From: an uncultured Arenicella sp.
GTDB taxonomy: Bacteria; Pseudomonadota; Gammaproteobacteria; Arenicellales; Arenicellaceae
Reading direction: 5' to 3'
NCBI GenBank assembly: GCA_937973905.1
Contig: CALJJR010000028.1
Coordinates: 11,675-75,674 of the forward strand
DNA length: 64,000 nucleotides
This document shows positions 10,209-20,284 of the stretch, in pieces; positions within the stretch are counted from its first letter, which is position 1, and each line of letters begins with the position of its first letter. The translations under genes and the position numbers were made by a program. The notes under the pieces were generated by a model. That model saw only the letters and a list, made by a program, of their open reading frames with translations. It made no database searches and had not been told where the DNA came from.

Positions 10209-10832
10209 ATGCCGGTAGAAAACGTCGATGTAAGGCCTCTGTTTGCAGAGCCACTTTTCCGTGCCAACATTGCATCCGCCATCAGCGATGACCAGGTTAG
10301 CTTTATTCAAAACCTAAAGATGGTTAAAAACCAAGCTAATTTGATTTCAGAAAATCTGTACATATTCAATGAACCAGAATTGGCGAGTGTTAAACAAGCT
10401 GTGCACGAAGCGCTCAGTATTTACGCAAGTGATGTGCTCGGAATTACGCAAGAACTGTATGTCACCCAATCATGGTCATTGATTAATAACCCGACTATCG
10501 GCATGCATGGTCATTCGCATTCAAACTCTGTCGTGTCTGGTTCGCTCTACTACTGCGATATGCCTGAACCCGTATCGGGAATGGTGTTTGATCGCCATCG
10601 GGGTTATCAGCAGCTAGAGCTCACGCCCCAGCAGGATCGACGCAACATCTACAATACTCCACTCAACGTGGTGCAACCAGAGCGTGGCGAGATCGTGATG
10701 TTTTCATCCGGCCTACAGCACTATGTCGAAACCAACACGTCGGCACAACCGAGATACTCTGTCGCTTTCAATACCTTTGTTAAAGGTACCTTGGGTAATT
10801 TTCGCGACGTTTCCGAGTTGGTCTTAAAATAG
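10209..10832 (+). CDS. Putative 2OG-Fe(II) oxygenase (TIGR02466-like)
   Basis: PLFAEPL start, QSW, HxHSNSVVSGSLY, G-IVMFSSGLQHYV, RYSVAFN. Good RBS AGGAG. Confidence 0.8.
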   Translation: MPVENVDVRPLFAEPLFRANIASAISDDQVSFIQNLKMVKNQANLISENLYIFNEPELASVKQAVHEALSIYASDVLGITQELYVTQSWSLINNPTIGMHGHSHSNSVVSGSLYYCDMPEPVSGMVFDRHRGYQQLELTPQQDRRNIYNTPLNVVQPERGEIVMFSSGLQHYVETNTSAQPRYSVAFNTFVKGTLGNFRDVSELVLK

Positions 10833-10927
10833 TTTCAACCTAATTCAAGCGCTCGATCGTTAGCGCCCTGCTAACAAATTGACAACCTGTCTCTGCTAAG
10901 CTGCGCAACTAAGTAGTTAGGTTTACT

Positions 10928-11434
10928 GTGCCTGGTGACAACGTGGTTGAACATCATTCTGATCAAAGCTTGAAACTATTGGTGTTAAAACCAAACAGTT
11001 CGATGAGTTGGCAAACTAATAAGAAAATTCTGTTAGCGATGTTCATCGTCAATATGATAATCGGGATTAGTTTCGCTGCGGTTGGTGCCTGGCTTATTTT
11101 ACCCTTCGCAGGACTGGAAATTCTGCTCGTCGGCATCGGCATGTATTACGTTTGTTGGAAGTTGAATTTTCAAGAAACCATCGCCCTCGAAGCGGAAAGC
11201 TTCAAGCTGCAAAAAGGTGTCTACTACCCCAAGAAGAGTTGGCAATGGCAAGCCTCGCAAACCCAGCTACTCTCACAACCCAGCAAGTATCGACTCAGTC
11301 CGCCAAGATTGTTTCTGCGCCATTTGAACGAAACAATCGAAATCGGCGACTTCTTGAATCGAGAAGAGAAAAAGCAGTTACGCAGAGCTCTTAGCGACTG
11401 GGGTATTCCGCTGATAACGCTTCCCCAACAGTGA
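10928..11434 (+). CDS. DUF2244-family membrane protein
   Basis: LKPNSSMS, GAWLILPFAGLE, EIGDFLNREEK. Confidence 0.8.
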   Translation: MPGDNVVEHHSDQSLKLLVLKPNSSMSWQTNKKILLAMFIVNMIIGISFAAVGAWLILPFAGLEILLVGIGMYYVCWKLNFQETIALEAESFKLQKGVYYPKKSWQWQASQTQLLSQPSKYRLSPPRLFLRHLNETIEIGDFLNREEKKQLRRALSDWGIPLITLPQQ

Positions 11435-12465
11435 AGTTTCCGAGTCTTATTGCGTATAGTTTGCTAAGCGTTTCGTTCCTTAGTCTCATCGCCTGTACAC
11501 CAGCCGTTGATACGGTTGGCGCTGACTACTTAGCGCGATTATCAAGCGTACTGGAATCGGAATTCACAGCTGAGAATATTGGCGACCTAGACTACCCAAC
11601 TCCACGTGATCTCGTAATCACTGGCGGTAAGGCGACAATCAGTATTCGCGAATTCTTGAGCATCCGCCAATGCAAACTGCATACGGCACTGGCCGAGAAG
11701 AACAGCCTAATTGGTAAGTTCGCGGAGCCATCTCAAGCGCTCTTTATGGATTTGGAGGTTTTGCATACTGCGCCTGAGTGCGTCACGCAGTTACAAAAAG
11801 ACCAACAATTGCAGCTCGCAGAAAAACTGAGCACGGGCATTGAAGAAAAGAAACAGGGCCTCGCCACAAAACTTTGGTTGGCAATACTGGGCGCTGATGA
11901 GCACCGTAAGTTTTGGCAGTCCGCGTCAACTCGCTCTAACTATCCCGGCGAAGTTAATTCTCAAGTAGTACCTGCCTTGCAGGTTCTACTGCGCTTTGTC
12001 GAGCAAGTCCAAGATGGAAACTATCAAGTAAGCCTTCAGCAGCAAAGCGATGTTGAGCGAAGCTTAAACGTCCTTAGAAGTGGTGACGGGGGTGCTCTTT
12101 TCAAACGCCTGATCGAATTGGATGCCGATTTAAATCTCGCTAATCAACTATTAAAACAACGCATTGAACAACCACTTTGCTTAAATGGAAGTCCAACGCA
12201 ATCGGCGCGTTACTTGCAGAATGTCGTGAATAAATTCTTTATCGACGTGATCCAACGTCAAGCGGTAGCCTTAAAACAACGATACCAGCAATTGATGCCG
12301 GTTTATCAGAAACTGGAAACAAAGCTACTCTCAGGCGCGCCACCCGCTTATCTGGCTTGGCGCAAAGATAGAGAAGCCATGTTCAATGCAGGACTTGCGG
12401 CACCGAAAAAACACGTCTCTTACTTACAAACGATTTATTCGCAATGTGGCTTGCAAGCGGGCTAG
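11431..12465 (+). CDS. DUF3080-family lipoprotein
   Basis: Lipobox LIA-C, DYLARL, C-LHTALAEKNSLIGK pattern. 4-bp overlap with the upstream gene. Confidence 0.7.
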   Translation: MKFPSLIAYSLLSVSFLSLIACTPAVDTVGADYLARLSSVLESEFTAENIGDLDYPTPRDLVITGGKATISIREFLSIRQCKLHTALAEKNSLIGKFAEPSQALFMDLEVLHTAPECVTQLQKDQQLQLAEKLSTGIEEKKQGLATKLWLAILGADEHRKFWQSASTRSNYPGEVNSQVVPALQVLLRFVEQVQDGNYQVSLQQQSDVERSLNVLRSGDGGALFKRLIELDADLNLANQLLKQRIEQPLCLNGSPTQSARYLQNVVNKFFIDVIQRQAVALKQRYQQLMPVYQKLETKLLSGAPPAYLAWRKDREAMFNAGLAAPKKHVSYLQTIYSQCGLQAG

Positions 12466-12474
12466 AATCACGCG

Positions 12475-13464
12475 ATGAACACGCTGGATCGATATGCGCG
12501 CCAAATGCAGGTGGCTGGCTTTGATGTTGACGCTCAACATAAGCTCACTGCCGCACGCGTCTTATTGGTGGGGGCCGGCGGGCTGGGAGGTCCTATCGCG
12601 GCTCAGCTGGTTGGCGCTGGCGTAGGTCAACTCGAAGTAGTCGACTTTGATAGCATCGCGCTCTCAAATTTGCATCGTCAATGGCTTTATACTGAATCTG
12701 ATGTTGGCGCCGGAAAAGCCACAACACTCGATCAACATCTACAAGCATTAAATTCCAACGTGGAAATCCAAACGCACTCTACTAGGGTGTCGCCTAAAAA
12801 TGTTACAGAATTGATTGATGATGTAGATCTGGTAATTGACGCCGCCGACAATCACGCAACTACATTTCTGTTGAATCATGCCTGTGCAGGTTCTGAGACG
12901 GCGCTGCTCACCGCATCAGTGAATCAGCGTTACGGGTACATAGGTTTGTTTTGTGCTCCTGGTGCTCCTTCGCTGCGAGTAGTCTTCCCTAAGATGCCGA
13001 AACTCGAGACTTCTTGTGACACTGTTGGAGTAAGTGGCCCAGCTGTAGTCGTTATTGCAGGTTTACAGGCACAAATAGCACTCGACTATTTGGTGGGTCT
13101 TAACGAACCTCATCTTGGCAAAATGCGCTATGTTGATATGCGCGACTTCAACATCCGAACCATTGACTGTAGTCAGATGAAAGAACCCACTTCTGCCATG
13201 CCAGATTTTATTGCAGCTGATGAGATCAGCATGAGCGACTGGGTGATCGACGTGCGTGAACAATCAGAGATCAGACAGCAAGCACAATCATTTAAAGTGG
13301 ACCAAGTGCTCCCATCTTCCGAGTTCAGGCCCGCTGCGATTGCCGGTCAGGGACAACGCACAGTGCTCGCTTGTCGCAGTGGCCAGCGTGCCATGGCGGT
13401 GGCACAACAATGCCTCGATCATGGTTACCAGAACCTTGCGGTAGTATTGCCCAGCGGCGAGTAA
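12475..13464 (+). CDS. HesA/MoeB/ThiF-family adenylyltransferase with C-terminal rhodanese domain
   Basis: RYARQ, VGAGGLG, DFDSIALSNLHRQ, SCDTVGV, and rhodanese loop CRSGQRA. Confidence 0.88.
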   Translation: MNTLDRYARQMQVAGFDVDAQHKLTAARVLLVGAGGLGGPIAAQLVGAGVGQLEVVDFDSIALSNLHRQWLYTESDVGAGKATTLDQHLQALNSNVEIQTHSTRVSPKNVTELIDDVDLVIDAADNHATTFLLNHACAGSETALLTASVNQRYGYIGLFCAPGAPSLRVVFPKMPKLETSCDTVGVSGPAVVVIAGLQAQIALDYLVGLNEPHLGKMRYVDMRDFNIRTIDCSQMKEPTSAMPDFIAADEISMSDWVIDVREQSEIRQQAQSFKVDQVLPSSEFRPAAIAGQGQRTVLACRSGQRAMAVAQQCLDHGYQNLAVVLPSGE

Positions 13465-13472
13465 CCCGGCTG

Positions 13473-14204
13473 ATGCCTGAACCGCTGTTTCTGTTTATCT
13501 TAGCTGCGCTGGTATTTTCTGCGTTCATAAAAGGTTCATTGGGCATGGGTTTTTCCACCATATGCCTTGCCATCCTTGCCAACGTAATCGAACTGAAAAC
13601 CGCGATTTCGATTGTCGTTGTGCCCTCATTGATTTCAAACCTGATGGTTATGCTTGATGCCGGCAACTGGAAAATAAGCATCCAACGCTTTTGGCTGATG
13701 TTGCTGATGACGGCTCCAGGCATGCTGCTTGGGTTGCAGCTTCTGCGCCAAACAGACAATAGTGCGTCTCTTTTAGTGCTCGCAGTGGTACTGATCAGTT
13801 ACGGAATATGGGGCTTACGCAATCACGAATTTCGTATCGAAGATAACTATGTGAAACGCCTAAATCCGCTGATCGGCCTTACGACTGGCGCGGTCAATGG
13901 CGCAACCGGTTCGCAAATCTTTCCGGTCATGCCGTATCTGTTATCGCTGGACCTGAACAAGGATGTCGTAGTACAGACAATCAACTTATCGTTCACACTC
14001 TGCAGTCTGATCATGTTGGTCGGCCTATTTTCAATCAATGCCTTAGACACCCAATCAATGCTTACCTATTCCTTAGGCCTAGCACCCGTGATGTTTGGCG
14101 TGTGGCTGGGGAACAAACTGCGAAGGAAACTCTCGGATCGACGATTCAGGCAATCAGTGATGATACTTATCGTCGTACTTGGCGCACTACTGTTATTCCG
14201 TTAG
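13473..14204 (+). CDS. Sulfite exporter TauE/SafE family membrane protein
   Basis: Start refined to MPEPLF. IKGSLGMGF and GAVNGATG repeats, about 8 TM helices. Confidence 0.85.
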   Translation: MPEPLFLFILAALVFSAFIKGSLGMGFSTICLAILANVIELKTAISIVVVPSLISNLMVMLDAGNWKISIQRFWLMLLMTAPGMLLGLQLLRQTDNSASLLVLAVVLISYGIWGLRNHEFRIEDNYVKRLNPLIGLTTGAVNGATGSQIFPVMPYLLSLDLNKDVVVQTINLSFTLCSLIMLVGLFSINALDTQSMLTYSLGLAPVMFGVWLGNKLRRKLSDRRFRQSVMILIVVLGALLLFR

Positions 14205-14206
14205 TG

Positions 14207-14944
14207 CTAGCGTCTGCCTCGTAGCCAAAACATAACCAATAAAAACCCTGCAAGCGCGCCACCCAAGTGCGCAAAATGCGCGACGTTGTAACCGAAAATC
14301 GAGATCCCGGTAAGCCCCGCGGTAAGATCGATTAGTAGCAAGACGGGCACAAAATACCGTGCTGATATCGGCACAGGGAGAAAAATCAGCATGATCTTGA
14401 ACGCTGGAAATAGGAGCGCGAAGGCCACCAAAACGCCGTAAACTGATCCAGACGCTCCGACGGCGGGCGTATTACTCACAGCCCATAACTCTCGCAAATC
14501 GTCGCTACCCACACCCGCGAACTGGCTTGAGATATCTAAACCCTCGACGGTGACTCGCGCCAGATCAAGGTCATTCATCCCAGCCGCCATCAATTGGCTA
14601 GCAAGAGCTGCATATTCGTACTGTGTGACAGCAAGATGGGCAAGCGCCGCGCCCACGCCGCAGACTAGAAAAAAGACCAACAAGCGCTGGCCACCCCAAG
14701 CTTGCTCCAGTACTCGTCCGAAAGACCAAAGCGCTAACATATTTAGGCCAAGATGCCACCAATCGGCATGCAAGAACATATAGCTCAGCAGCTGCCAAGC
14801 ACGAAACTGCTGATTGTTGTAGGCGTAAAGTTCAAGGCCAGAAGGCGCGCCAGCAAACAGTGCGCTGATCACAATGTGGGTCAAGACAATAGCCGCGACC
14901 AAACGATTGGTGGTAGATTGCAGATGCTGTTTTAAAAATTCCAT
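14207..14944 (-). CDS. Rhomboid intramembrane serine protease
   Basis: WQLLSYMFLH, HLGLNM, catalytic GASG, AHFAHLGGA. Start refined to MEFLK. Confidence 0.92.
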   Translation of the reverse strand: MEFLKQHLQSTTNRLVAAIVLTHIVISALFAGAPSGLELYAYNNQQFRAWQLLSYMFLHADWWHLGLNMLALWSFGRVLEQAWGGQRLLVFFLVCGVGAALAHLAVTQYEYAALASQLMAAGMNDLDLARVTVEGLDISSQFAGVGSDDLRELWAVSNTPAVGASGSVYGVLVAFALLFPAFKIMLIFLPVPISARYFVPVLLLIDLTAGLTGISIFGYNVAHFAHLGGALAGFLLVMFWLRGRR

Positions 14945-14976
14945 CGCTGCATAGTAACAGGAAAAAATCACCAAAT

Positions 14977-15921
14977 ATGAACCAGATTTCGATCTCGTCT
15001 GAAACCGGTTTAACCGTAGAGTTGCTCGACTACGGCGCCAGAATTCATGACGTCAAAGTACCTGTTATTACAAACAGAGAAAAGACCAAACAATCCGTCG
15101 TGTGTGGCTATGCAACACCAGAAGAGTACCTACAAGATCCGTTTTATATGGGCGCCAGTGTTGGGCCGATTGCCAACCGCATTCGACACGGCCAACTCTG
15201 CTTGGGCGCACACACCATTCAATTACCCACCAACCAACAAGGGCATTGCTTGCATTCTGGAGAGCTCGGTTTTGATGCAAAATATTGGGCACTCGCTGAG
15301 CAAACCAGCAACGCCGCAAAGTTTGTCTTAGATATTCAAACCTATGCGCAAATTCCCTTACACGTGAGCGCCAGCTACACCGTCGATGCCAACACACTGC
15401 AGATTGAGTATGAAGTTAAGACGCGCTCTGACGTTTACATCAATATGACCAACCACACATATTGGAACCTCAATTCACAACATGAATCCATTCAAAATCA
15501 TAGCTTTGATCTCGCAGCGCTCGCTATCGCAAATAAGGACAACGATGACATACCCACCGGCCAATTGCAGTTACTCGATCATCCTTATAGCTACAAGTTT
15601 ACGAATGCCGCCGATCAAGCCGGCTTAGCCGATACGGTTGATCACCATTTTGTCGTCGACGAATACGACGCTGGCCTAAAACGAATGGTTGTGGCTCGCT
15701 CGCCACAGAGCCCGTTATCACTTACAGTGAGTAGCACCAAGCCCGGTTTTCAGTTGTATTCAGCACATTTTCTAAGCGGCCAACAAAAGCCCTTTGCCGG
15801 CTTTTGTGTAGAACCGCAATATGCGCCAGATGCACCAAATTTAGCGGGATTTGCAGCCCCTCTAACAACCCCAGAAGTGCCTTATCACCACCGTATTGAA
15901 TATCAATTCGATGCGGGCTAA
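14977..15921 (+). CDS. galM: Aldose 1-epimerase (galactose mutarotase)
   Basis: GASVGPIANRI, LHSG, NMTNHTYWNL, DHHF, FCVEPQ. Confidence 0.88.
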   Translation: MNQISISSETGLTVELLDYGARIHDVKVPVITNREKTKQSVVCGYATPEEYLQDPFYMGASVGPIANRIRHGQLCLGAHTIQLPTNQQGHCLHSGELGFDAKYWALAEQTSNAAKFVLDIQTYAQIPLHVSASYTVDANTLQIEYEVKTRSDVYINMTNHTYWNLNSQHESIQNHSFDLAALAIANKDNDDIPTGQLQLLDHPYSYKFTNAADQAGLADTVDHHFVVDEYDAGLKRMVVARSPQSPLSLTVSSTKPGFQLYSAHFLSGQQKPFAGFCVEPQYAPDAPNLAGFAAPLTTPEVPYHHRIEYQFDAG

Positions 15922-16754
15922 TCGCTTTTGTGAACGACTCTTTGTGGGAACGGTATTTCAATATTATTGCTATCAAACACGTTTTTAACCGACTCGGTCA
16001 TTTCCCAATAGAACGGCCAGTAGTCGTCAGTTTTTACCCATGGCCGCACAATGAAATTAACGCTGCTGTCCGCCAGAGTATGAACCGCGATTACAGGCTC
16101 TGGCTCAGACAATACTCGCTCATCTTTCTCCACGAGTTCGGTTAGCAAACTACGAACTTTGTCTAGGTCTTCCCCGTAGCCAACTCCAAAGCTCATATCT
16201 ACTCGTCGTCGACCCGTTGATGTGTAATTCACGATATTGCTATCAAGGACTCGGGCGTTAGGAATAATGACGCACTTGTTATCAGGTGTGCGAAGCTCGG
16301 TGGTAAAAATATGGATGCGTTTTACTGAGCCGGATTCGCCCGCCACATCAACAAAATCATCAACGCGAAACGGGCGCAAGATCAGAATCAATACTCCAGC
16401 GGCGAAATTGGATAAAGAGCCCTGCAAGGCTAAGCCAACCGCCAAACCGGCGGCACCGATAACAGCGATAAACGACGCTGTTTGCACACCAAGCTGCGCG
16501 AGGGCCGCAATAATGACAACCGCAAACAGCCCCCAATACACCAAGCTCTGCAAAAAGCCGATTAGTTCCGCATCGGCATCGTTACGTTCAAGTGCTTTAA
16601 CCACGAGGTTGGTAACCCAGCGCGCAATGCGTTTTCCCACCCAGAAAATAAGCAGCGCTAGCACCAAATTCAATCCAAATTCTGCACCGCGCTCAATAAT
16701 GATATCGGCGTACTTTTGAGTGTTCTGCAGCAGCTCTGAAAGGGTTTGATCCAT
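15918..16754 (-). CDS. mscS: Small-conductance mechanosensitive channel
   Basis: GAAGLAVGLALQGSLSNFAAG, RPFRVDD, IPN, IPFPQR. Confidence 0.93.
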   Translation of the reverse strand: MDQTLSELLQNTQKYADIIIERGAEFGLNLVLALLIFWVGKRIARWVTNLVVKALERNDADAELIGFLQSLVYWGLFAVVIIAALAQLGVQTASFIAVIGAAGLAVGLALQGSLSNFAAGVLILILRPFRVDDFVDVAGESGSVKRIHIFTTELRTPDNKCVIIPNARVLDSNIVNYTSTGRRRVDMSFGVGYGEDLDKVRSLLTELVEKDERVLSEPEPVIAVHTLADSSVNFIVRPWVKTDDYWPFYWEMTESVKNVFDSNNIEIPFPQRVVHKSD

Positions 16755-16756
16755 AG

Positions 16757-17374
16757 TTATTTTAAGATGGTTCTGAAAGTTAGATTGATTCGGCTGTTGG
16801 CCTTAGCGCGCTTCGGAATATGGTGCTGCCAGCATCGCTGTGTCGCCCCGCGCATAATTAGCAAACTGCCGTGCTCAAGCGCTATGCTGAATTTTTCTCG
16901 GGTAGTTTTATGGCGTAAATGAAAGTCTCTTGACCCACCCAAACTCAAGGATGCAATGACCGGGTCTACGCCCAGTTCAGGCTCATCATCGCTGTGCCAA
17001 CCGTTTGAGTCTTGCCCATCGCGATAGAGATTGAGTAACACGCTATTGTATTGATGCGCACTGGCCTGCTCAACTTGTTCACGCAACGCTTGCAGGGTGG
17101 CGGTCCACGGTAAGGGATGCATGGTCATATTGGAATAACGGTAGTCGGTTCCCGCATCACCCACCCAACTCGAAAGCCGCGGCGTGGGGTATGACTTGCC
17201 GTAAACAGTGATGTTCTCTTGGCGCCAGTCCGACCCCTCTAACAGCGCGTGATAGGTATCCCAGGCGACATCTGCGGCCAAAAAGTTCGCATAGTATTCG
17301 ATGTCAGCGTCAGGGAGCGACAATTTAGTTACGGCAGCGTCCATTAGGCTCAGTTGATATTCGTTATTTCGCAT
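16757..17374 (-). CDS. AlkB-family 2OG-Fe(II) dioxygenase (ALKBH2/3-like DNA repair)
   Basis: PRL, NSVLLNLYRDGQDSNGWHSDDE, WQHHIPK, RINLTFR. Start uncertain (17374 or 17344). Confidence 0.9.
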   Translation of the reverse strand: MRNNEYQLSLMDAAVTKLSLPDADIEYYANFLAADVAWDTYHALLEGSDWRQENITVYGKSYPTPRLSSWVGDAGTDYRYSNMTMHPLPWTATLQALREQVEQASAHQYNSVLLNLYRDGQDSNGWHSDDEPELGVDPVIASLSLGGSRDFHLRHKTTREKFSIALEHGSLLIMRGATQRCWQHHIPKRAKANSRINLTFRTILK

Positions 17375-17449
17375 ACATTGTCCCAATCGGCTTGCTCTAT
17401 AATACGCGGTTTTCCGCACAAAACAGTAAAGACATTTTTAAGGTGAGTT

Positions 17450-18307
17450 ATGCAATTTAATGGTAGCGACAGTTATGTTTCCACCGACGACCTCAGCCTC
17501 GCCGTTAATTCGGCGGTGGTTCTGCAGCGGCCCCTACTAATTAAGGGCGAGCCAGGTACGGGCAAAACAATGCTTGCAGAGGAGGTGGCGAGCTCCCTAG
17601 GCAAACGTTTGATTCAATGGCACATCAAGTCCACAACCAAAGCCCAACAGGGTTTGTACGAGTACGACGCCGTTTCGCGGCTACGAGATTCGCAACTGGG
17701 TGACGCGGATGTTAAAAACATCAGTAATTACATCGAGCGAGGCAAACTGTGGGAAGCATTCGATTCCGATGAACAGGTCGTCCTGCTGATTGACGAGATT
17801 GATAAAGCAGATATCGAATTCCCCAACGATTTATTGGTTGAAATCGATAAGATGGAATTCTTCGTTTACGAAACTGGGGAAACGATTAAAGCCAAGCATC
17901 GGCCGATTATTATCATCACCAGTAATAATGAAAAAGAACTTCCAGACGCTTTCTTGCGTCGTTGTTTTTTCCATTTTATTAACTTTCCTGACCGCGAGAC
18001 GATGGAAAAGATCATGGCAGTACACCATCCGGCTGCGCAGAAAGATTTGGTTAAAGAAGCGCTCGACGTCTTTTTCGAAGTGCGTTCGATCCCTGGCATG
18101 AAGAAGAAACCATCTACGTCCGAACTCATTGATTGGTTAAAACTGTTGATGGCTGATGATATCCCAGTCGACATTTTAAAAGACCGCGACAATCACAAAG
18201 CCATTCCGCCGCTCTATGGCGCGTTGCTTAAGAACGAACAGGATGTGCAATTACTAGAGCGCCTGGCCTTTATGCATCGTCGTGAAACCCGTACGCCGCA
18301 GCAATAA
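17450..18307 (+). CDS. MoxR-family AAA+ ATPase
   Basis: GEPGTGKT, LLIDEIDKAD, ITSNNEKELPDAFLRRC. Confidence 0.93.
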   Translation: MQFNGSDSYVSTDDLSLAVNSAVVLQRPLLIKGEPGTGKTMLAEEVASSLGKRLIQWHIKSTTKAQQGLYEYDAVSRLRDSQLGDADVKNISNYIERGKLWEAFDSDEQVVLLIDEIDKADIEFPNDLLVEIDKMEFFVYETGETIKAKHRPIIIITSNNEKELPDAFLRRCFFHFINFPDRETMEKIMAVHHPAAQKDLVKEALDVFFEVRSIPGMKKKPSTSELIDWLKLLMADDIPVDILKDRDNHKAIPPLYGALLKNEQDVQLLERLAFMHRRETRTPQQ

Positions 18308-19482
18308 TGCTCTTAAATTTTTTCGACTCACTGCGTCATCAGGGCTTGCCAGTTACATTTGGCGAGCTCTCTGACTTAATTACCGCTTTAGAGCACCGCC
18401 TAGCATTTGCGGATATGGAGCAGTTCTACTATTTGAGTAGAGCCTGCATGGTCAAAGACGAGAAAAACTTTGATAAGTTTGACCGAGCCTTCAAGGCGCA
18501 TTTTACTGAGTTGGAAAAACTTGAAGACTTTATCGAAGTACTGATTCCTGAAGATTGGTTGCGTGCGGAATTTTTGAATACGCTAACCGAAGAAGAAAAA
18601 GCGCAAGTTGAAAGTCTTGGCGGCCTTGAAAAACTCATCGAGACGTTCAAGAAACGGCTCGAAGAACAAAACGAAGAACACCACGGCGGCAGCAAATGGA
18701 TAGGTACCGGTGGCACGTCGCCGTTTGGTAACAGCGGCTTTAATCCTGAAGGCATTCGTATGGGTGGTGAAGGCGGTGGCAAATCTGCCGTAAAAGTCTG
18801 GGACCGACGCGAATTCAAAGATCTCGACGATTCAATTGAACTCGGTACGCGCAATATCAAGATGGCGCTACGACGTCTGCGTAAATTTGCCCGCACCGGG
18901 GCCGAAGATGAACTCGACCTTGATGACACTATTCGCTCGACGGCCCACAATGGTGGATTGCTCGATATTAAAATGGTGCCCGAACGTCACAATGCCGTGA
19001 AGGTGTTATTGCTTTTCGATGTCGGCGGCTCGATGGACCCTTATGTGCGTACCTGTGAAGAATTATTTAGCGCAGCGCGGATAGAGTTCAAACATATGGA
19101 GTACTTTTACTTTCATAACTTTATCTACGACGGACTCTGGCAGAACCACGATTTACGCTACGACGAAGTGACACCCACCCATGATGTGCTGCGTAAATAC
19201 GGCAAGGACTACAAAGTGATTTTTGTTGGCGATGCAGCGATGGCGACCTATGAAATCACCCACTCTGGCGGCAGCATTGACTTTATGAATCGTGAACCCG
19301 GGGCCAATTGGTTGAATCGATTTACCGAGACCTTCGACAAAACGGTGTGGCTAAACCCAACGCCTGAAGAGTATTGGAAACACACGCATTCCACCAAGAT
19401 CATTCAAGAGTTGATGGAAGATAAAATGTACCCACTCACGCTGAAAGGCATGGAAGAAGCCATGGCCTACTTAAGCAAGTAG
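18307..19482 (+). CDS. VWA-domain protein (CoxE-like partner of MoxR)
   Basis: MIDAS motif DVGGSM, WIGTGGTSPFG, IFVGDA, WLNP. Overlaps the moxR stop codon. Confidence 0.9.
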   Translation: MLLNFFDSLRHQGLPVTFGELSDLITALEHRLAFADMEQFYYLSRACMVKDEKNFDKFDRAFKAHFTELEKLEDFIEVLIPEDWLRAEFLNTLTEEEKAQVESLGGLEKLIETFKKRLEEQNEEHHGGSKWIGTGGTSPFGNSGFNPEGIRMGGEGGGKSAVKVWDRREFKDLDDSIELGTRNIKMALRRLRKFARTGAEDELDLDDTIRSTAHNGGLLDIKMVPERHNAVKVLLLFDVGGSMDPYVRTCEELFSAARIEFKHMEYFYFHNFIYDGLWQNHDLRYDEVTPTHDVLRKYGKDYKVIFVGDAAMATYEITHSGGSIDFMNREPGANWLNRFTETFDKTVWLNPTPEEYWKHTHSTKIIQELMEDKMYPLTLKGMEEAMAYLSK

Positions 19483-19547
19483 CCCAAGGCATGAATCGAC
19501 TCCATTTCGTTGAAACTAGACATCGGAATGAAGTCTCTCAACATTAC

Positions 19548-20171
19548 TTAAGCTGCTGAAACCACCCTATGAAGCCCTACATCGCCTCGCAAAGATCGAA
19601 TTTCGGCATTGTCGATGCTGTTAATACTGCGGTGAAACCTCGGTGACATCCCTCGCGAGTGCGCCAATAGAATCTGTAAAACATCTCCATGCCCTACCAG
19701 CAGTATCTTGCGCCCTCTAAACCGCCGCTCCAGTGTATCAACCACCTTTACAGCCCGGCTTAGAGTGTCGGCAACACTTTCAACCTTACGATAAGCGTGT
19801 TCCGGAAAGTTTCGATCTTGTTGCCAAACCAAATCATAGTTTCTGACGTCTTGCAGTTCAAACAAGCCGAAATCCCGCTCACGTAGATTGCGATCTATGT
19901 CAACTTTCAACGTGCAATCAAGTACGTCTGACATGATATTTGCAGTTTCAATACAACGCTTATAGTCAGAACTGACGATGATGGTGTCGCTACTCAAACG
20001 AGTACGGATTGCTGAGGCTAGCACTTGTTCAGCTCCGAAATTACTCAAACCATAGTGCTCCTTGGCATTGTTTTTATGACTCACAATGATGCCTTCCTTG
20101 TTAGCAAGACTTTCACCGTGGCGCATTAAGAAGTAGGAATTTTTAAAATTGTTGGTCTGCATCAGCATCAC
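19548..20171 (-). CDS. Histidine phosphatase (phosphoglycerate mutase family)
   Basis: RHGES, SSD-R, LRERDFG, VGHGD. Confidence 0.88.
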   Translation of the reverse strand: MMLMQTNNFKNSYFLMRHGESLANKEGIIVSHKNNAKEHYGLSNFGAEQVLASAIRTRLSSDTIIVSSDYKRCIETANIMSDVLDCTLKVDIDRNLRERDFGLFELQDVRNYDLVWQQDRNFPEHAYRKVESVADTLSRAVKVVDTLERRFRGRKILLVGHGDVLQILLAHSRGMSPRFHRSINSIDNAEIRSLRGDVGLHRVVSAA

Positions 20172-20284
20172 CGAATTCGATAGAACATATGGGCAGAAAG
20201 TAAACGACCAATATGAACATTCCGAGTCAATATCGTGACGCTCTCGTTACAAGCTGCTGTTTTATAAGAGCCACCTGTTGACCA

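Noticed and set aside
17450-19482. MoxR-vWA pair as a novel or defence system
   Set aside because: Widespread, well-known chaperone-like pair with no unusual partners here.
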